Shown one piece after another: positions 1-13,900 of a DNA stretch of 64,000 bases. The position numbers were made by a program, and so were the translations under genes. How positions within the stretch are numbered: the first letter of the stretch is position 1; each line of letters starts with the position of its first letter. Source of the stretch: Takakia lepidozioides (taxonomy: Eukaryota > Plantae > Bryophyta); NCBI GenBank assembly GCA_030704615.1, contig CM060731.1, positions 15,004,001 through 15,068,000 on the forward strand. The letters are read 5' to 3'. Under the pieces are notes generated by a model. It saw nothing but the letters and a program-made list of their open reading frames with translations, made no database searches and was not told where the DNA came from.

Positions 1-1100
1 GCAATTACGCACATGGTCCTTCCAAATCATGCCATCCCGACCCTCCAAGATCAGGACTCCTGAGGGCAACACCTCTTGAACCCTCAAAATAGTACGTCCT
101 GCAGTCACATCCAAGGTCATAGGAGCAGTCTGCTACAGATAAACATAGTCACCAGGGTTGAATCTCCAAACCCCGGGACGATAGCCCCCACCACGTATGG
201 TAGCATACCTCAACGTATCACGATGTTGTGCAATGGCAAGGTTCTCGAAAGCCATGGGCATGACTTTCTTGAACAACTCTGCACGCTGCTCACATGCACG
301 TGCCCACACGTCCGGATCGTCAAGGTTAAGAACTGTAGCAGCTTCTCTGCGAATGGATGTAGGCAAATCCGGCTCTCGGCCAAAGAGAAGAAAGTATGGC
401 GAGAAGGAGGCAAGTGATGCTTGCTTGCTGAACCTGTAGCCCATGGCTAACCAGGGTAACTGAAGGTCCCAATCTCCTAGGTGTCCCTTCTGCAAGCCAT
501 ACTTGCGCAAACCCCTCTTTACTGTCTGAACAACTCTCTCTGCCAAGCCATCGGCCTCAGGATGATCCCGAGAAGTGGTGCGGTGGTCTATCAAGGCCTT
601 ATCACACAAAGCTTGAAACTCCCCCAAGAACTCTCTCCCTTGGTCCGTGAGTACCTCAGCTGGAGCACCGAATCGGCTAAGCACACAATCCAAGAATGCA
701 TACGCAGCTCCCTCACTAGCCTTATCAGGCAATGGAACCAATTCAATCCACTTGGAGAAGTGTTCCACCATCACCAACACGTACTTGTTATGGCGCATGG
801 TCAGTGGCAACGGCCCTGCGAAGTCAAGACTCTACCTGTAGCCTAATCCCATGATCGGAAAAGGGTGCAATTGTGGAGTAGGGGCGTTGAATGAAGCACG
901 CACCCTGTCACACACCATGCACCTAGCCACAAATTGTTGCACCTTTGTGTGCATACCACGCCACCAATACTGCCCCTGCAGTAGACTATGAGTGCGTCGC
1001 ACCCCAAAATGCCCCAACTCCTCATGGGCATGCCGCACTAACCGTGCCCGCTGTGTTGGGTGAGGCACAATCCTCACTCGACCATCCTCCCACACTCGGA
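1..1100 (-). pseudogene. G1 integrase (HHCC zinc finger + rve core), frameshifted, cut by window edge
   Basis: HAHEELGHFG..CMVC; DFAGP; EHFSKWIEL; TDQGREF; HPEADGLAERVVQTVK (ORFs 133..810 and 832..1551). Confidence 0.92.
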
Positions 1101-2790
1101 GCAGGTGTGTCCCCTCCCACTTGAACCTCTTGGCTCGTTGTAGGATCCGATCCCTCTCCTTGGCAGTCAGAGTGGCTGCAGTGTCTCCAGTGCGGAGGTA
1201 GTCCAACACAACTGAATCCTCATGTATATCTTTGGTGCCACTTTGCTCATTGCTGGCCTCAGGGTCCTCAGACACTTGATCTACAGTCATCCCTATTGTA
1301 GGTCCAACCTGGCCTTCCGCTGCCAAGATACACGGAAATGCAGATGCATGCCATCCGGGCACCATCTCCTCGTCTGTCTCACCATGCCACCGAGCTCCAG
1401 TATCATCCTGCTGGCTCGTGCATGGATTGCGACTCAATCCATCTGCATTGCGATTGACCAAACCCGGTCGATGCACCACCTGAAAGTCATACTCTTGAAG
1501 GATGAGTGCCCACCGTGCAAGCTTCCCCGTAAGCTTGTCTGACTCCATCAACCACTTGAGTGGTTGGTGATCCGTGAAGGGTGAAGAGATTGCCGTATAG
1601 ATAGCACCTGAAGTGTGCCACGGCCCACACTGCAGCTAAGCATTCTCCCTCATATTAGCTATACTTAGACTCTGCAGCATTGTTCGAGCGGCTAGCATAA
1701 GCCACTACGAACTCTCTTCCCTCATCATCCACCTGTGTGAGCACCGCTCCAAGCCCCAGCATGCTCCAATCTGTATGCAGCTGAAAAGGACGCCCCCTGA
1801 TAGGTCGTCTCAAGATGGGCGCCGAGGTCAACCTCGCCTTGAGCTCTTGAAAAGCTTGTTCTTGCTCTCTCCCACTGCCACTCCTGGTCCACCTTGGTCA
1901 GCTTGGTTAGAGCCTTTGCAATGGCACTAAATCCCTTAACAAACCATCTATAATAGTTTGCTAACCCCATGAAAGCTCGAACTCGACTCACATCCGTGGG
2001 GCGTGGAACCTGTGCAATGGACTCTACCTTAGTCTCTGCTGTACCCCCAATCCTCCAGGATATATCATGTGACCCAGATACTCAATCTGGTTGTGGAAAA
2101 ACTTGCAATTTCCCGGATGTAATTTCAATCCGTGTGCCCTCAAGCGCTCAAATACCCCCTGAAGGTGTCTCTCATGCTCTTCCACCGTAGCACTAAAGCT
2201 GATGATGTCATCTATGTAGCACCGAGCAAACTCCACCCTTGCTAGAATCTGTCCATGACTCTCTGAAACTCTGCCGGAGCGTTCTTAAGCCCAAATGGTA
2301 AGAACCGCCACTGGTATAGGCAATCCTTCCCGTGCTCATTGATCCCCCAGAATGCCGTCTTTTGCTTATCCACCTCCTTGATTGGCAACTGGTGATATCC
2401 GGATCGTAAATCCAACGTGCTAAAGACCTTGGCATGCCCAATGGCATCAAAGATCTCCTCTGGTGTTGGCATGGCATACCTATCGGACTTGGTCTGACGA
2501 TTTACAGGCCGGTAATCACCGCACATACGTCTCTCCGTCCAATTGCCAAAGACATCCTTCTTGGCTGACATCACTGTGGCTGAAGCATACTCTCCCCCAG
2601 ATAGCTCCACCAAACCAGCCTCCCAAAGGTCCTGAGTTCTCATCTGAATCAAGGACCTCTCCATGTCACTGTATCTATAGGGTCTCCGAAAGATTGGCGT
2701 GTCAGTAGCCAATTCAATGCGAATCTCTTGACCCTTTAGTGCTCCTAAGTCCTTCAAACTGAAGGCAAAGCAGTTTTTGTAAGCCCTCAA
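1101..2790 (-). pseudogene. G1 reverse transcriptase + RNase H, frameshifted
   Basis: RMCGDYRPVN, TLDLRSGYHQ, LPFGLKNAPAEFQR, YIDD, KLARWALILQEYDF, NADGLSR. Confidence 0.92.
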
Positions 2791-3199
2791 GAACCACCGT
2801 ATACGTCGTCTCTCTCCTCCGCTTACTATAGGTCCAACATCAGGCTCCCAGTTGTCCTCCGTGACTGCAACCTTGAGTCCAGCAGGCTTAGAGGTAGAAG
2901 ATGCGTCCCGTGGTTGCTATGCTGCAACCTCTTGAGCAGTGACCACTGCCTCCTCTGTCAGTGATAATGTCTCATCCTGCCCCATCATCCCATCCTTGAG
3001 GACCTCCTCAATCCGAGAAAAATCCCCAACCTTATCCATCACTGCCGCCTTGGCTGCCAACTCCTTCTGAACCTCGAGCACCTCCCACGCGTGCCATGGA
3101 TGCGGCCTGCAGCTCGTGGTCCTCACCTGCTCGCCCCCACTCGCTGCCTGTACCGTCTCGGTAGGCAGGGAGACCATGAAGGGAAGTGTACTCCGTACT

Positions 3200-4175
3200 C
3201 TGCGCTACTTAGCCATAGCCAAGCTGATAATCCAGGTCAAGCAATTGAGATCCATTGCTTGCCCTAACACCTGACGACGTGATGCCTCAGAAAGAGATGG
3301 CACCGCCGTGGTACCTGTGGTAAAACCCATCGCCGCTCCGCTCGTCAGCATTGGGCTCCACTAATTGTTACAACTGGCTATCCCACAAGAGGCCAGGTCT
3401 ACGATCCCGAAAAGCATGGGATCCTGGGAAGCTGAGCAGTGTAGGTAATGCTGCTCGTGGTTGACCAACCCTGTTGACCACTGCCAAAGGCGAACGGTCA
3501 TCGTGTCTCACACGTTGAGACTGCCTCCCTGTGTCCAAAATGCTATCCACTGTGAGGTGTGCTGGCCGCTACACCCCATCAAATGCACGCTTGAGCAGTG
3601 CGGGTGGCATCAAGTTAGTCCACCATAGCCGTGGACGATGAGCCCATGACCCCATTGCAGCTGCATCCAGCAACACTGCTGATCCAAGCCACGACCAGAC
3701 TTGATGCACACTGGCCATCACCCTGGCCCGAGAATCACCCATCAGTGGCACATTCTCCAAGATGTATGTTGGAGATACAGCTTGATGAAGCTGCAAGTGG
3801 CGCAAAATCCACACCATCTCCCAAAACAGACCCGTCCTCGAGTCTCGCAATCCATTGCCATGCCCGGCTGATGAATGCCCTTGGCAGGGCCAACCTACCA
3901 CTACCAGATCAATGGAGCCAACCCGCTCCAAATCCTGCGCCCCCAGCAACGAAATGTCTTCTGGCAAGGCTTGTTGGTATCCACGATCTGCAGACACTGG
4001 CAACAAATCAGGGTACTGCTGTACCAACTGAGCAACATGGCGCAGTGAGACGCATTGTGCAGTCTCATCCCTCTCCACATACAAGTAACGTTGAACTCGT
4101 ACACCTGCCTGCAGTACTGTAGCCAATCCAGTGCTGATCCCGCCAAACAAGTCCAGAAGGCATATGCCTTCATCT
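3200..4175 (-). pseudogene. G1 DNMT3-like C5 cytosine methyltransferase domain inside pol
   Basis: Motif I LDLFGGI, II YVERD, IV GWPCQG with catalytic Cys, VI ENV, VIII HRPRLWWTNL, IX/X MGF..RRQVLGQAMD. Confidence 0.9.
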
Positions 4176-4559
4176 GAGCACTGCCACACAAGAGGTGTGG
4201 TGTCCAATGGCGACAACTGAGGTGGTCCTGGTGCAATCGCCGCATTCTCCTCTTCTCCGGATGGTACGAAGGCCTCTACCCAGGCTTGTTGTATCCGTCC
4301 ATCAGCAGCCTGCTGCAAATCCTTGCTCGTATCCCATAATGGAGCGTGAGCAACCATGGCAGGCAACTCCGCCGTACCATGCATGTCATCCTGCTCTGCT
4401 GGAGGTGGCACATCCTCTGCATGGGCATTGCTTTCCAGCAACTCTCTAGGCCAACTAACTGCAGCTGTAAAGGCGGCTAGTGTTGGCATCTTGCCCCGTT
4501 GGGCAGCCGCAATACCCCCAATGAATGTCACAGGGAGCTGTGCACGACGACCATCCCCT

Positions 4560-4902
4560 GACTGCCATCCAGGCCTGTAGGATGCTGACTCCTCCCAAAA
4601 ATCCAGGGTGAAGCCCATGGGATATAACACTGCCCCACCAACAAGGACATTGTAAGAGACCGCATCTGTCACAATGGCCTTGGCTTGCATCACTGAGCCA
4701 TCTACAGGATGATCTGGTTGTAGTCCAATGGCCAACTCACGCCGTGTCATGCCCCGAGCCTGCTCTGATCCTCCCAGAGATGTCTGTATCTGGAAAGGAC
4801 AAGACTCCATATCCGCCTCCATGAGGCCCAAACCTGCAATAGCAGCTCTGCCCAACATCAGTGGCTGAGCTCCTGAGTCCAACAAATCCCGCAGTGGCCG
4901 GT
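4560..4902 (-). pseudogene. G1 aspartic protease
   Basis: LDSGAQ active site and YNVLVGGAVL in ORF 3569..4885, in frame with the DNMT domain. Confidence 0.85.
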
Positions 4903-5258
4903 TGTCAAGTTAAATAAGCACAGTGTGAAAATAACTAGAATAAAGCTAGTTATTTGTATTTAACACTTGGATTTAGGTCAAGTGTTAAATCAGGTGTCAA
5001 GTTTAGTTTGACACCTGAACCGCCTTATCTTCACGAGAGCGGCAGTCGCGTAGCTCATCTCTCTCGAGTTGAGCCTGCGCGACCGAGCTCCTTCATGCGT
5101 TTAGATCTGAGTGTGCTTATGATGGGAGTGTAGGTTGTTGTGGGGTGGAGTCCCCATAGCTTGGGGTGCCCCTGGCTCGACTTCTATTTTAAAGAGTGAT
5201 AGCGATGGATTTCATATTTCTTGTGTTGAGAGTGTGTGCCCTTTTAGCTTGTTTATCA
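4903..5258 (+). repeat. G2 5' partial LTR (segment A: distal U3-R-U5)
   Basis: Near-identical to 15610..15935; ends TTATCA just before the PBS-like tract. Confidence 0.85.
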
Positions 5259-5260
5259 CT

Positions 5261-5272
5261 CGAGAGAGATGA
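5261..5272 (+). promoter_or_regulatory. G2 putative self-priming primer-binding site
   Basis: ACTCGAGAGAGATGA (5258-5272) is the exact reverse complement of TCATCTCTCTCGAGT (5055-5069) inside the LTR. Confidence 0.7.
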
Positions 5273-7968
5273 CTATCTAGGTTTGTAGTGCTAAGCTAGA
5301 TAGGATGTTTGTCTTAGCACTATTATAATATAGCTTGCAAGTATTATATGAGTCTGTAGATTCGTACAGCAGTGTGTGTATGCGTAAGCTCATTTCTTAG
5401 TTCAAGTTCAATGGTTCCGCTGTCCAAGGCTTCAACACCGCACTCGTTGTAGAGCTTCCCACATAGTGTGGTGTGGCCGCCGCTTGTCTCAAACACCCAG
5501 CACAAGCAAATCCATGGAGGCAAGAGAGTGTGTGGCTTGGACATGGATATTGCACGGTGGGCTCCTATGCGTAGGGCATCGATTGGGGTGGTGTCTAGCG
5601 GTAACGGGAATCGTGGACTCTCACGTGGTTTGAAAGCTGAGGTTGTGCATGAGAAGGATGCATACACGGCTCCCATAAGCTGTGCACGGATTTGTGTTAT
5701 GGAGCATTTGAGCAGTTTTCAGAGGGGCTGGTGGTGAGGCTCGATAAGCCTATCAGCTATATCTCTGTTGTTATCCAGCTACAAGATAGTATGTGAGGAG
5801 CGCGTTAAAGGTGTTGCCCGTGACCTTCATCTTCAGCCGCAAATATGAGAATACCATCATGCAGGTAGTTCCATTGTTGTTGTGACCACTACCTAAGTGC
5901 GATGAGCTGTTTGCATTTGCCTGGATGTTGACGAGACCAACAGAAGCGTATTGTTAATGTGCAACCTCATATGACGCTCCTAGATGTGAGTTCATGATCA
6001 ATCTAGTGGAGATGTGGTAGCAAAGAAGACAAAGAAAAGAAACGAAGAGATGTAGTGGAGCTTCAGATCTGCATATGTCCAGATCTTCAGTGAACCGCAA
6101 CATAAATAGATGAACTTGTTGCGGTTCAACCATGTTGACTAAGATCACGTCTTGAGCGGCCACCACGGCCAGCCAAAATGGCAACATATGTTACGGTCTG
6201 CTTTCAGTTGCACATTTCGGTAGTGGTCAGCAGTGCACAAAAATAAGATATAGTCATTGCGGCTGGTTTTATAAGGCAGACCAAGATGTATATGGTGCAC
6301 GGAGGTTGATGAATGAGGCCTAAGACAACAATCCGGGCCTGAAGTTTAAAGACCCCGAAACCTGTGATTATACTTGCGGGGACTTACCATTCGTCCTAGC
6401 ATTGAACGTTGTAGAGCTGGTCAGCCAACTCACATCAGAGTCACTGGTGGTTACTAGCAATGGGTGGGAAGTCGGTGTGCGACTATAGCCCAGCCACCAT
6501 GAAGGAGTGGTTGTGGGCTGGTTGATGTGAGGTTGTCTGGCTGCACATCGCGAGGAAGCAAGCAAATGGATGGACGGGGTCAGGCTAGATTTTCTAGCAA
6601 GTGCGTAATTAAGGTGCTGTCCAACGAGCGTAGGAGCTGATCATGAAGCAGGCCAAAGGGGCGATGAAACAGACCAGAATGGAGGCCATTACAAATTCCA
6701 ACTTCTGATTGAAGATATTCGGATTTTATGGTGGGCTTTCATACATTGTCAGGTGCCTGTCATGGCAAATACCCACTAGCATTTTTTTTTGGATGGAAAT
6801 TCGACAGTCTCGGTTTTAATGAAACAGGTTCGGGCCTATTGGCAGTCAATTTGAAGGCAGCCCCAATATCAGCAGCAATATGCACGCCTAGGCTATGGAG
6901 AGCCTGACCCGAGACCTGCAATGCGGCAGCCATACTTCCTGCACCAACGAGAGTTGTGGCGTGGTTTGGGCAGTGCTAGATTAGCACGATGAATGCACCA
7001 AAGAGGGAGCATTGTGGAAGCAACCGCTTCAAGTGTCATCTCGGCTTCAGTGCAGATTACCCTGGTTGGGATGAAGCGCGCCCTAAGGGCAGCCACTCTA
7101 TACTAATCCATTGAGTACAGATCCGGAATGGGAGTTGCCAATATTTATGGAATCAGTAGCCGGTTGGTAGATTTCTGGTAGATTTCTGCTTGGACGATTG
7201 AACTCGGATATTGGTTGACAGACAGTCTACGGCAGGCTGATGCGAATGGCATAACAGGAGATGAAGCATTGATCGTTTCAAACTGTCGATCTGCCAGGCT
7301 CTTTACATTAACGGACACATTGTCTACCTGCTACTGAGCTTCAGCGTGCCACTATATTCATCGTAATTCCCCAAGACCCGCCCATGTGTGGAGAACTCGA
7401 GACGGGCTATTCAGATAGAAAATCGGGAACCTGCAGGGAACGGAGGGCACAAGTGTGGATATCACTTATCCGATAGATCAACCCGTAGATAACATGGGAA
7501 CAGTTTTTAATGGCGAGAACGTTTTGGTGTTAAAAAAAAAAAAAAAAAAAAAAAAACCTTTTTGATCTAATTCGAATGATTTAGAGCCTAATTGGTCATA
7601 TCTTTGTCATATGAGCTCCGTTTGGTACAGTTTTTGCGGGGATAGCTGCAGAAAGGGGAAATCTATCATGCATGCTTGACTGTGCGCCATGTAGGTTTTG
7701 TGTGGGCGCTTGCTTTCATAGGGATTAGGCCGGATTTGATCACCGGTCAATCCTAGAGTATGCTGTCGGTGGTGAGGCTGGAGTGATGACCAGCAAGACC
7801 ACCAGTGTTTCTTCTATGGTGAGGCTGGGTTGATGACCAGCCAACCATAGGAGTTCTTGCCGTGGATGCAGGTGCAGGTGCCCTGAGCCATTGGGATGTG
7901 ACCCTTAAACTGCAACAGGTGCCTACCCGTGTCACTATTAGATTAGTACTAGAGCCTTATAGTGTCAC

Positions 7969-10900
7969 GTGGAAGAGGTGCACATTGTGAGTGTCATTAC
8001 GGAGTTACCCAAGGGTTTTGAGGGGAGTACAGCTACAGGCAGTAACAGTGAGAGTGGGTTTACAAGACGAGGTATTCGGTTCAGACCACCTTCACCGCCA
8101 CCATCAACTACTGTAGAGTCAGACACAGACTCGGAGGCTTCATCAACAGGTGTGCAGTTTCATTCGCCATTGTTGTGGGACGACATGGAGGAGATGTATG
8201 GAGCTACCAAGGGGCCTGTAGGTACTCTGGAGCTGTGGGCACAATCGAGTTGGATGACTTTATCCAGGAGTTCGACAGCTGGTGTGATTTGCAACAGATG
8301 CGCAATCCACAGCTATTCACCCCATTCATGGCGTGGAAGGGACTGTTCCAGCATTTGGAAGGCCCGCCTATGGACGATTACCACGAGTTCAGGCGAGGAC
8401 ATGAAGCAGAGATTGAGGAGTGGAGGATATATTGGTCACCTGACTACGTCTCCATTACTCGAGGCACGACGCGACCAGTAGCTGCATCAATACCAATATC
8501 TCCCACTGCCAGCACTAGTAGTGGAGCAAGTAGTGCCGGTACTTCTACAGGTGGTACCAGTTCAAAAAGTGCTACTACTCCTCCTGCCACGACAACACAT
8601 GTGCCTAGATTCAACCCGGTGGTGGAGTTCTTCCAGGAGTTGCGGAGGAACTACCAAGGTGTACGGACAGAGAAGCTGCGAAGTTTGCAAGACTTCCAGC
8701 GCAAACCCAGTGAGAACCTGCGAGAGGCGTACACTCGTATGAGGCGCTTGATAAGTGTGACCCAAGGGGTTACTGAAGCTCAGACAATCCAATTTTGGTA
8801 TGGAATTCTGGACAAGGAGCTCAAGAGAAGGGTGCGAGATGCAACCCTGTTACAAGCAGCCCAACCCACATTAGCAGATGTGTTTCTGCTGGCTGAGCGG
8901 ATTGAGCTCAACATGGTGGAGGAGCGAGTTGTTACCATTGGATTTGGCAAGGACATGCCTGCAAGGCGCAGCTGCCAGCCCACATGCACAAGGGACTGCC
9001 CAACAGCGTGGTCAGGGGGGCAAGGTTTCCCAACCCAAGTTCCATGGAGCTTACAGGGGACCTCGGGTGCAGAGGCCCATGGCATCTTTTGCAGGCCAAC
9101 AGCAACCAGGGGTGATATGTTGGACATGTGGAGGACCCCATGTCAAGAGAGATTGCCCAGTGAGTGGCAGAAGGTCGGCACAAGCACAGCCTACACAGTT
9201 GCAGTGTGGGCATTGTGGCAAGTATGGGCATGGAGATGCCCAGTGTTATGACTTGCATCCTGAGTTGCGCCCAGGCCAGTTCCAAGGGAACAATGGTGGC
9301 CAGGGGCGAGGTGGACCAGCCCAGAGAGGATGAGGTGGTCGGGCACGAGGTGCAGGCCAAGGGCAAGCTCAACATGGCCAAGGACGCGGAGGTCAGGGTG
9401 TTGACCAAGGCATGGCCAACCGGCTTCAGCAGCTAGAGCAGAGGCTTGCTGCCATGGCTACAACTCAGGCGGTACCGGCTCCCAGGCGGGATGGTCCACC
9501 TCCTGTGCCTGAGGGAGGAGATATGGGAGGCATGGGATTCATGTGCAGAGCAGCACTACCACTAATGCAGGTGGAGTCTGTTGCAGCCGTGACTCGAGGA
9601 GCAGCACGAGTTCCTGAGCCACAAGGTGCAGAGGTGGAATTGGATCCACAGCATGGGGAGGCAAGCCGTCAGGCGAGGCTTCCTCAGTCATTCACATTGG
9701 CGGAGACTGTGTCGACGCCATCCATGGCACCTAGTTCTCGCCCGACTGTTACCGAGGCGGAGGTTTCTATGCCATTGGGGAGAGCTATACGTGTAGCACT
9801 GACACCTGTTGCCAAGGCTAGTGCAGCCGGTGTGTTGTTGGGGGCAGCCACCTCTGTGTGTCAAGCCCCACTGTTCTCGGCAACCATGATTGCGACGCCG
9901 GGGGTAAGACCAGCTGCAGTGTTCAGACTAGCAGCAACACTCTGTGAGAGTGGGGAGGTCACTTCATCTTCTGCGGAGTTACTGGAAGGTGTATGGGCAG
10001 AGGGATCCTCGGATTTGAGGGTCAAGACTGCCACGGCTGCGCCATGGCAAGCTGCAGCTGCCAGGTTGACGGAGCTGCCAGCTAGGCCAGCCTTTGAGCG
10101 CGCCATGGTGACACCTGCAGTTGTCTTGTTAGACAACCAGGATGACATTTTCTCTTTGAGTGGACCGGCAGGCAAGAAGTACCGGCCACTGCGGGTCTTG
10201 TTGGACTCAGGAGCTCAGTCACTGATGTTGGGCAGAGCTGCTATTGCAGGTTTGGGCCTCATGGAGGCGGATAGGGAGCCTTGTCCTTTCCAGATACAGA
10301 CATCTCTGGGAGGATCAGAGCAGGCTCGGGGCATGACACGGCATCAGTTGGCCATTAGACTACAGCCGGATCATCCTATCGATGGCTCAGTAATGCGAGC
10401 CAAGGCCATTGTGACAGACGCGGTCTCTTACAATGTCCTCGTTGGTGGGGCAGTGTTATACCCCATGGGCTTCACCCTGGACTTTTGGGAGGAGTCAGCA
10501 TTCTACAGGCCTGGATGGCAGTCAGGGGATGGTCGTCGTGCACAGCTCTCTGTGACATTCATTGGGGGTATTGCGGCTGCCCAACGGGGCAAGATGCCAA
10601 CACTAGCCGCCTTTACAGCTGCAGTTAGTTGGCCTGGAGAGTTGCTGGAAGGCAATGCCCATGCAGAGGATGTGCCATCTCCAGCAGAGCAGGATGACAT
10701 GCATGGTATGACGGAGTTGCCTGCCATGGTTGCTCACACTCCATTGTGGGGTACGAGCAAGGATTTGCAGCGGTTGCTGATCGACGGGTGCAACAAGCTG
10801 GGTAGAGGCTTTTGTACCGTCAGGAGAAGAGGAGAGTGCGGGTATTGCACAGGACCACCTCAGTTGTCACCATTGGATACCACACCTATTGTGTGGCAGT

Positions 10901-13900
10901 ATCCGATGAAGGCATTTGCCTTCTGGACTTGTTTGGCGGGATCAGCACCGGATTGGCTGCTGTGCTACAGGCAGGTGTGTGGGTAAGGCGTTACCTGTAT
11001 GTGGAGAGGGATGAGACTGCACGACGCGTCTCATTGCGCCATGTTGCTCAGTTGGTACAGCAGTACCCTGCTTTGTTACCAGTGTCTGCAATTCGTGGAT
11101 ACTAACAAGCCTTGCCAGCAGACATTTCGTTGCTGGGGGCACCGGATTTGGAGCAGGTTGGCTCCATTGATCTGGTAGTGGCAGGTTGGCCCTCCCAAGG
11201 GCATTCATCAGCGGGCATGGCAATGGATTGCGAGACTCGAGGACGGGTCTGTTTTCGGAGATGGTGCGGATTTTGCGCCACTTGCAGCTTCATCAAGCTG
11301 TATCGGCAGCATACATCTTGGAGAATGTGCCACTGATGGGCGATTCTCGGGCCTGGGTGATGGCAGTGTGCATCAAGTCCGGTCGTGGCTTGGGTAGCAG
11401 TGCTGCTGGATGCAGCTGCAGTGGGATAACGGGCTCATCGTCCACGGCTATGGTGGACTAACTTGATGCCACCCGCACTGCTCAAGCGTGCATTTGATGG
11501 GGTGCAGCGGCCACACACCTCATAGTGGACAGCATTTTGGACACAGGGAGGCAGTCTCAACGTGTGAGACATGATGACCGTTCGCCTTTGGCAGTGGTCA
11601 ACAGGGTGGGTCAACCACGAGCAGCATTACCTACACTGCTCAGCTTCCCAGGATCCCATGCTTTTCGGGATGGTGGATCTGGCCTCCTGTGGGATGCTCA
11701 GTTGCAACAGTTAGTGGAGCCTAATGCCGACGAGCGAGAGCGGGCTATGGGTTTTCCACTAGGACCACGGCGGTGCCTTCTCTTTCTGAGGCATCACGTC
11801 GTCAGGTGTTGGGGCAAGCAATGGATCTCAATTGCTTGACCTGGATTATCAGCTTGGCTATGGCTGAGCAACGTAGAGTGCGGAGTGCACTTCCCTTGAC
11901 GGTCTCTCTGCCTACCGAGACGGTACAGGCAGCGAGTGGGGGCGAGCCGGTGAGGACCACAGGGTATAGACATCCATGGCACACGTGGGAGGTGCTCGAG
12001 GTTCAGAGGGAGTTGGCAGCCAAGGCAGCTGTGATGGATGAGGTTGGGGATTCTTCTGGATGAGGAGGTTCTCAGGAGATGATGATGGGGCAGGATGAGG
12101 CCTTGTCATTGAGAGCAGGGAGGGAGTACTGCTCAAGAGGTTGCAGCATAGCAACCACGGGACGCGTCCTCTACCTCTAAGCCCACTGGACTTAAGGTTG
12201 CAGTTACGGAGGACAATTGGGAGCCTGACATTGGACCCATTGTCACCGGAGGAGAGAGACGACGTATGCGGCGGTTCCTGAGGGCTTACAAGAATTACTT
12301 TGCCTTCAGTTTGAAGGACTTGGGAGCACTGAAGGGTCAAGAGATCCGTATTGAGTTTGGGCACTGACACGCCAATCTTTCGGAGACCCTATAGATACAG
12401 TGACATGGAGAGGTCTTTGATTCAGATGAGGACTCAAGATCTCTGGGAGGCAGGTTTGGTGGAGCTCTCTGGTGGAGAGTATGCTTCAGCCACAGTGATG
12501 CCAGCCAAGAAGGATGTCTATGGCAATTGGACGGAGAGACGTATGTGCGGTGATTACCGGCTGTAAATCGTCAGACCAAGTCGATAGGTATGCCATGCCT
12601 ACACCAGAGGAGATCTTTGATGCCATTGGGCATTCCAAGGTCTTTAGCACTTTGGATTTACGATCCGGATATCACCAGTTGCCGATCAAAGAGGCGGATA
12701 AGCAAAAGACGGCATTCTGGGGGATCAATGAGCACGGGAAGGATTGCCTATACCAGTGGCGGTTCTTACCATTTGGGCTTAAAAACGCTCCCGCTGAGTT
12801 TCAAAGAGTCATGGACAGGATTCTAGCAGGGTGGAGTTTGCTCGGTGCTACATAGATGACATCATCATCTTTAGTGCTACGGTGGAGGAGCATGAGAGAC
12901 ACCTTCAGGGGGTATTTGAGCGCTTGAGGACGCACGGATTGAAATTACATCCGGCAAGTGCAAGTTTTTCCACAACCAGATTGAGTATCTGGGTCACATG
13001 ATATATCCTGGAGGATTGGGGGTACAGCAGACTAAGGTAGAGTCCATTGCACAGGTTCCACGCCCCACGGATGTGAGCCGAGTTCGAGCTTTCATGGGGT
13101 TAGCAAACTATTACAGACGGTTTGTTAAGGGATTTAGTGCCATTGCAAAGGCTCTAACCAAGCTGACCAAGGTGGACCAGAGAGTGGCAGTGGGAAGATG
13201 AGCAAGAACAAGCTTTTCAAGAGCTCAAGGCGAGGTTGACCTCGGCGCCCATCTTGAGACGACCTATCAGGGGCGTCCTTTTCAGCTGCATACAGATTGG
13301 AGCATGCTGGGGCTTGGAGCGGTGCTCACACAGGTGGATGATGAGGGAAGAGAGTTCGTAGTGGCTTATGCTAGCCGCTCGAACAATGCTGCAGAGTCTA
13401 AGTATAGCTCATATGAGGGAGAATGCTTAGCTGCAGTGTGGGCCGTGGCACACTTCAGGTGCTATCTATACGGCAATCTCTTCACCCTTGTCACGGATCA
13501 CCAACCACTCAAGTGGTTGATGGAGTCAGACAAGCTTACGGGGAAGCTTGCACGGTGGGCACTCATCCTTCAAGAGTATGACTTTCAGGTGGTGCATCGA
13601 CCGGGTTTGGTCAATCGCAATGCAGATGGGTTGAGTCGCAATCCATGCACGAGCCAGCAGGATGACACTGGAGCTCTCGGTGGCATGGTGAGACGGACGA
13701 GGAGATGGTGCCCGGATGGCATGCATCTGCATTTCTGTGTATCTTGGCAGCGGAAGGCCAGGTGGACCTACAACAGGGATGACTGTAGATCAAGTGTCTG
13801 AGGACCCTGAGGCCAGCAATGAGCAGGGTGGCCCAAAGATATACAGGAGGATTCAGTTGTGTTGGACTACCTCCGCAGTGGAGACACGGCAGCCACTATG

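Noticed and set aside
3200-4175. Host DRM/DNMT3 gene or bacterial restriction-modification methylase
   Set aside because: Intronless, in frame with the retroviral protease and at the same position in all three TE copies
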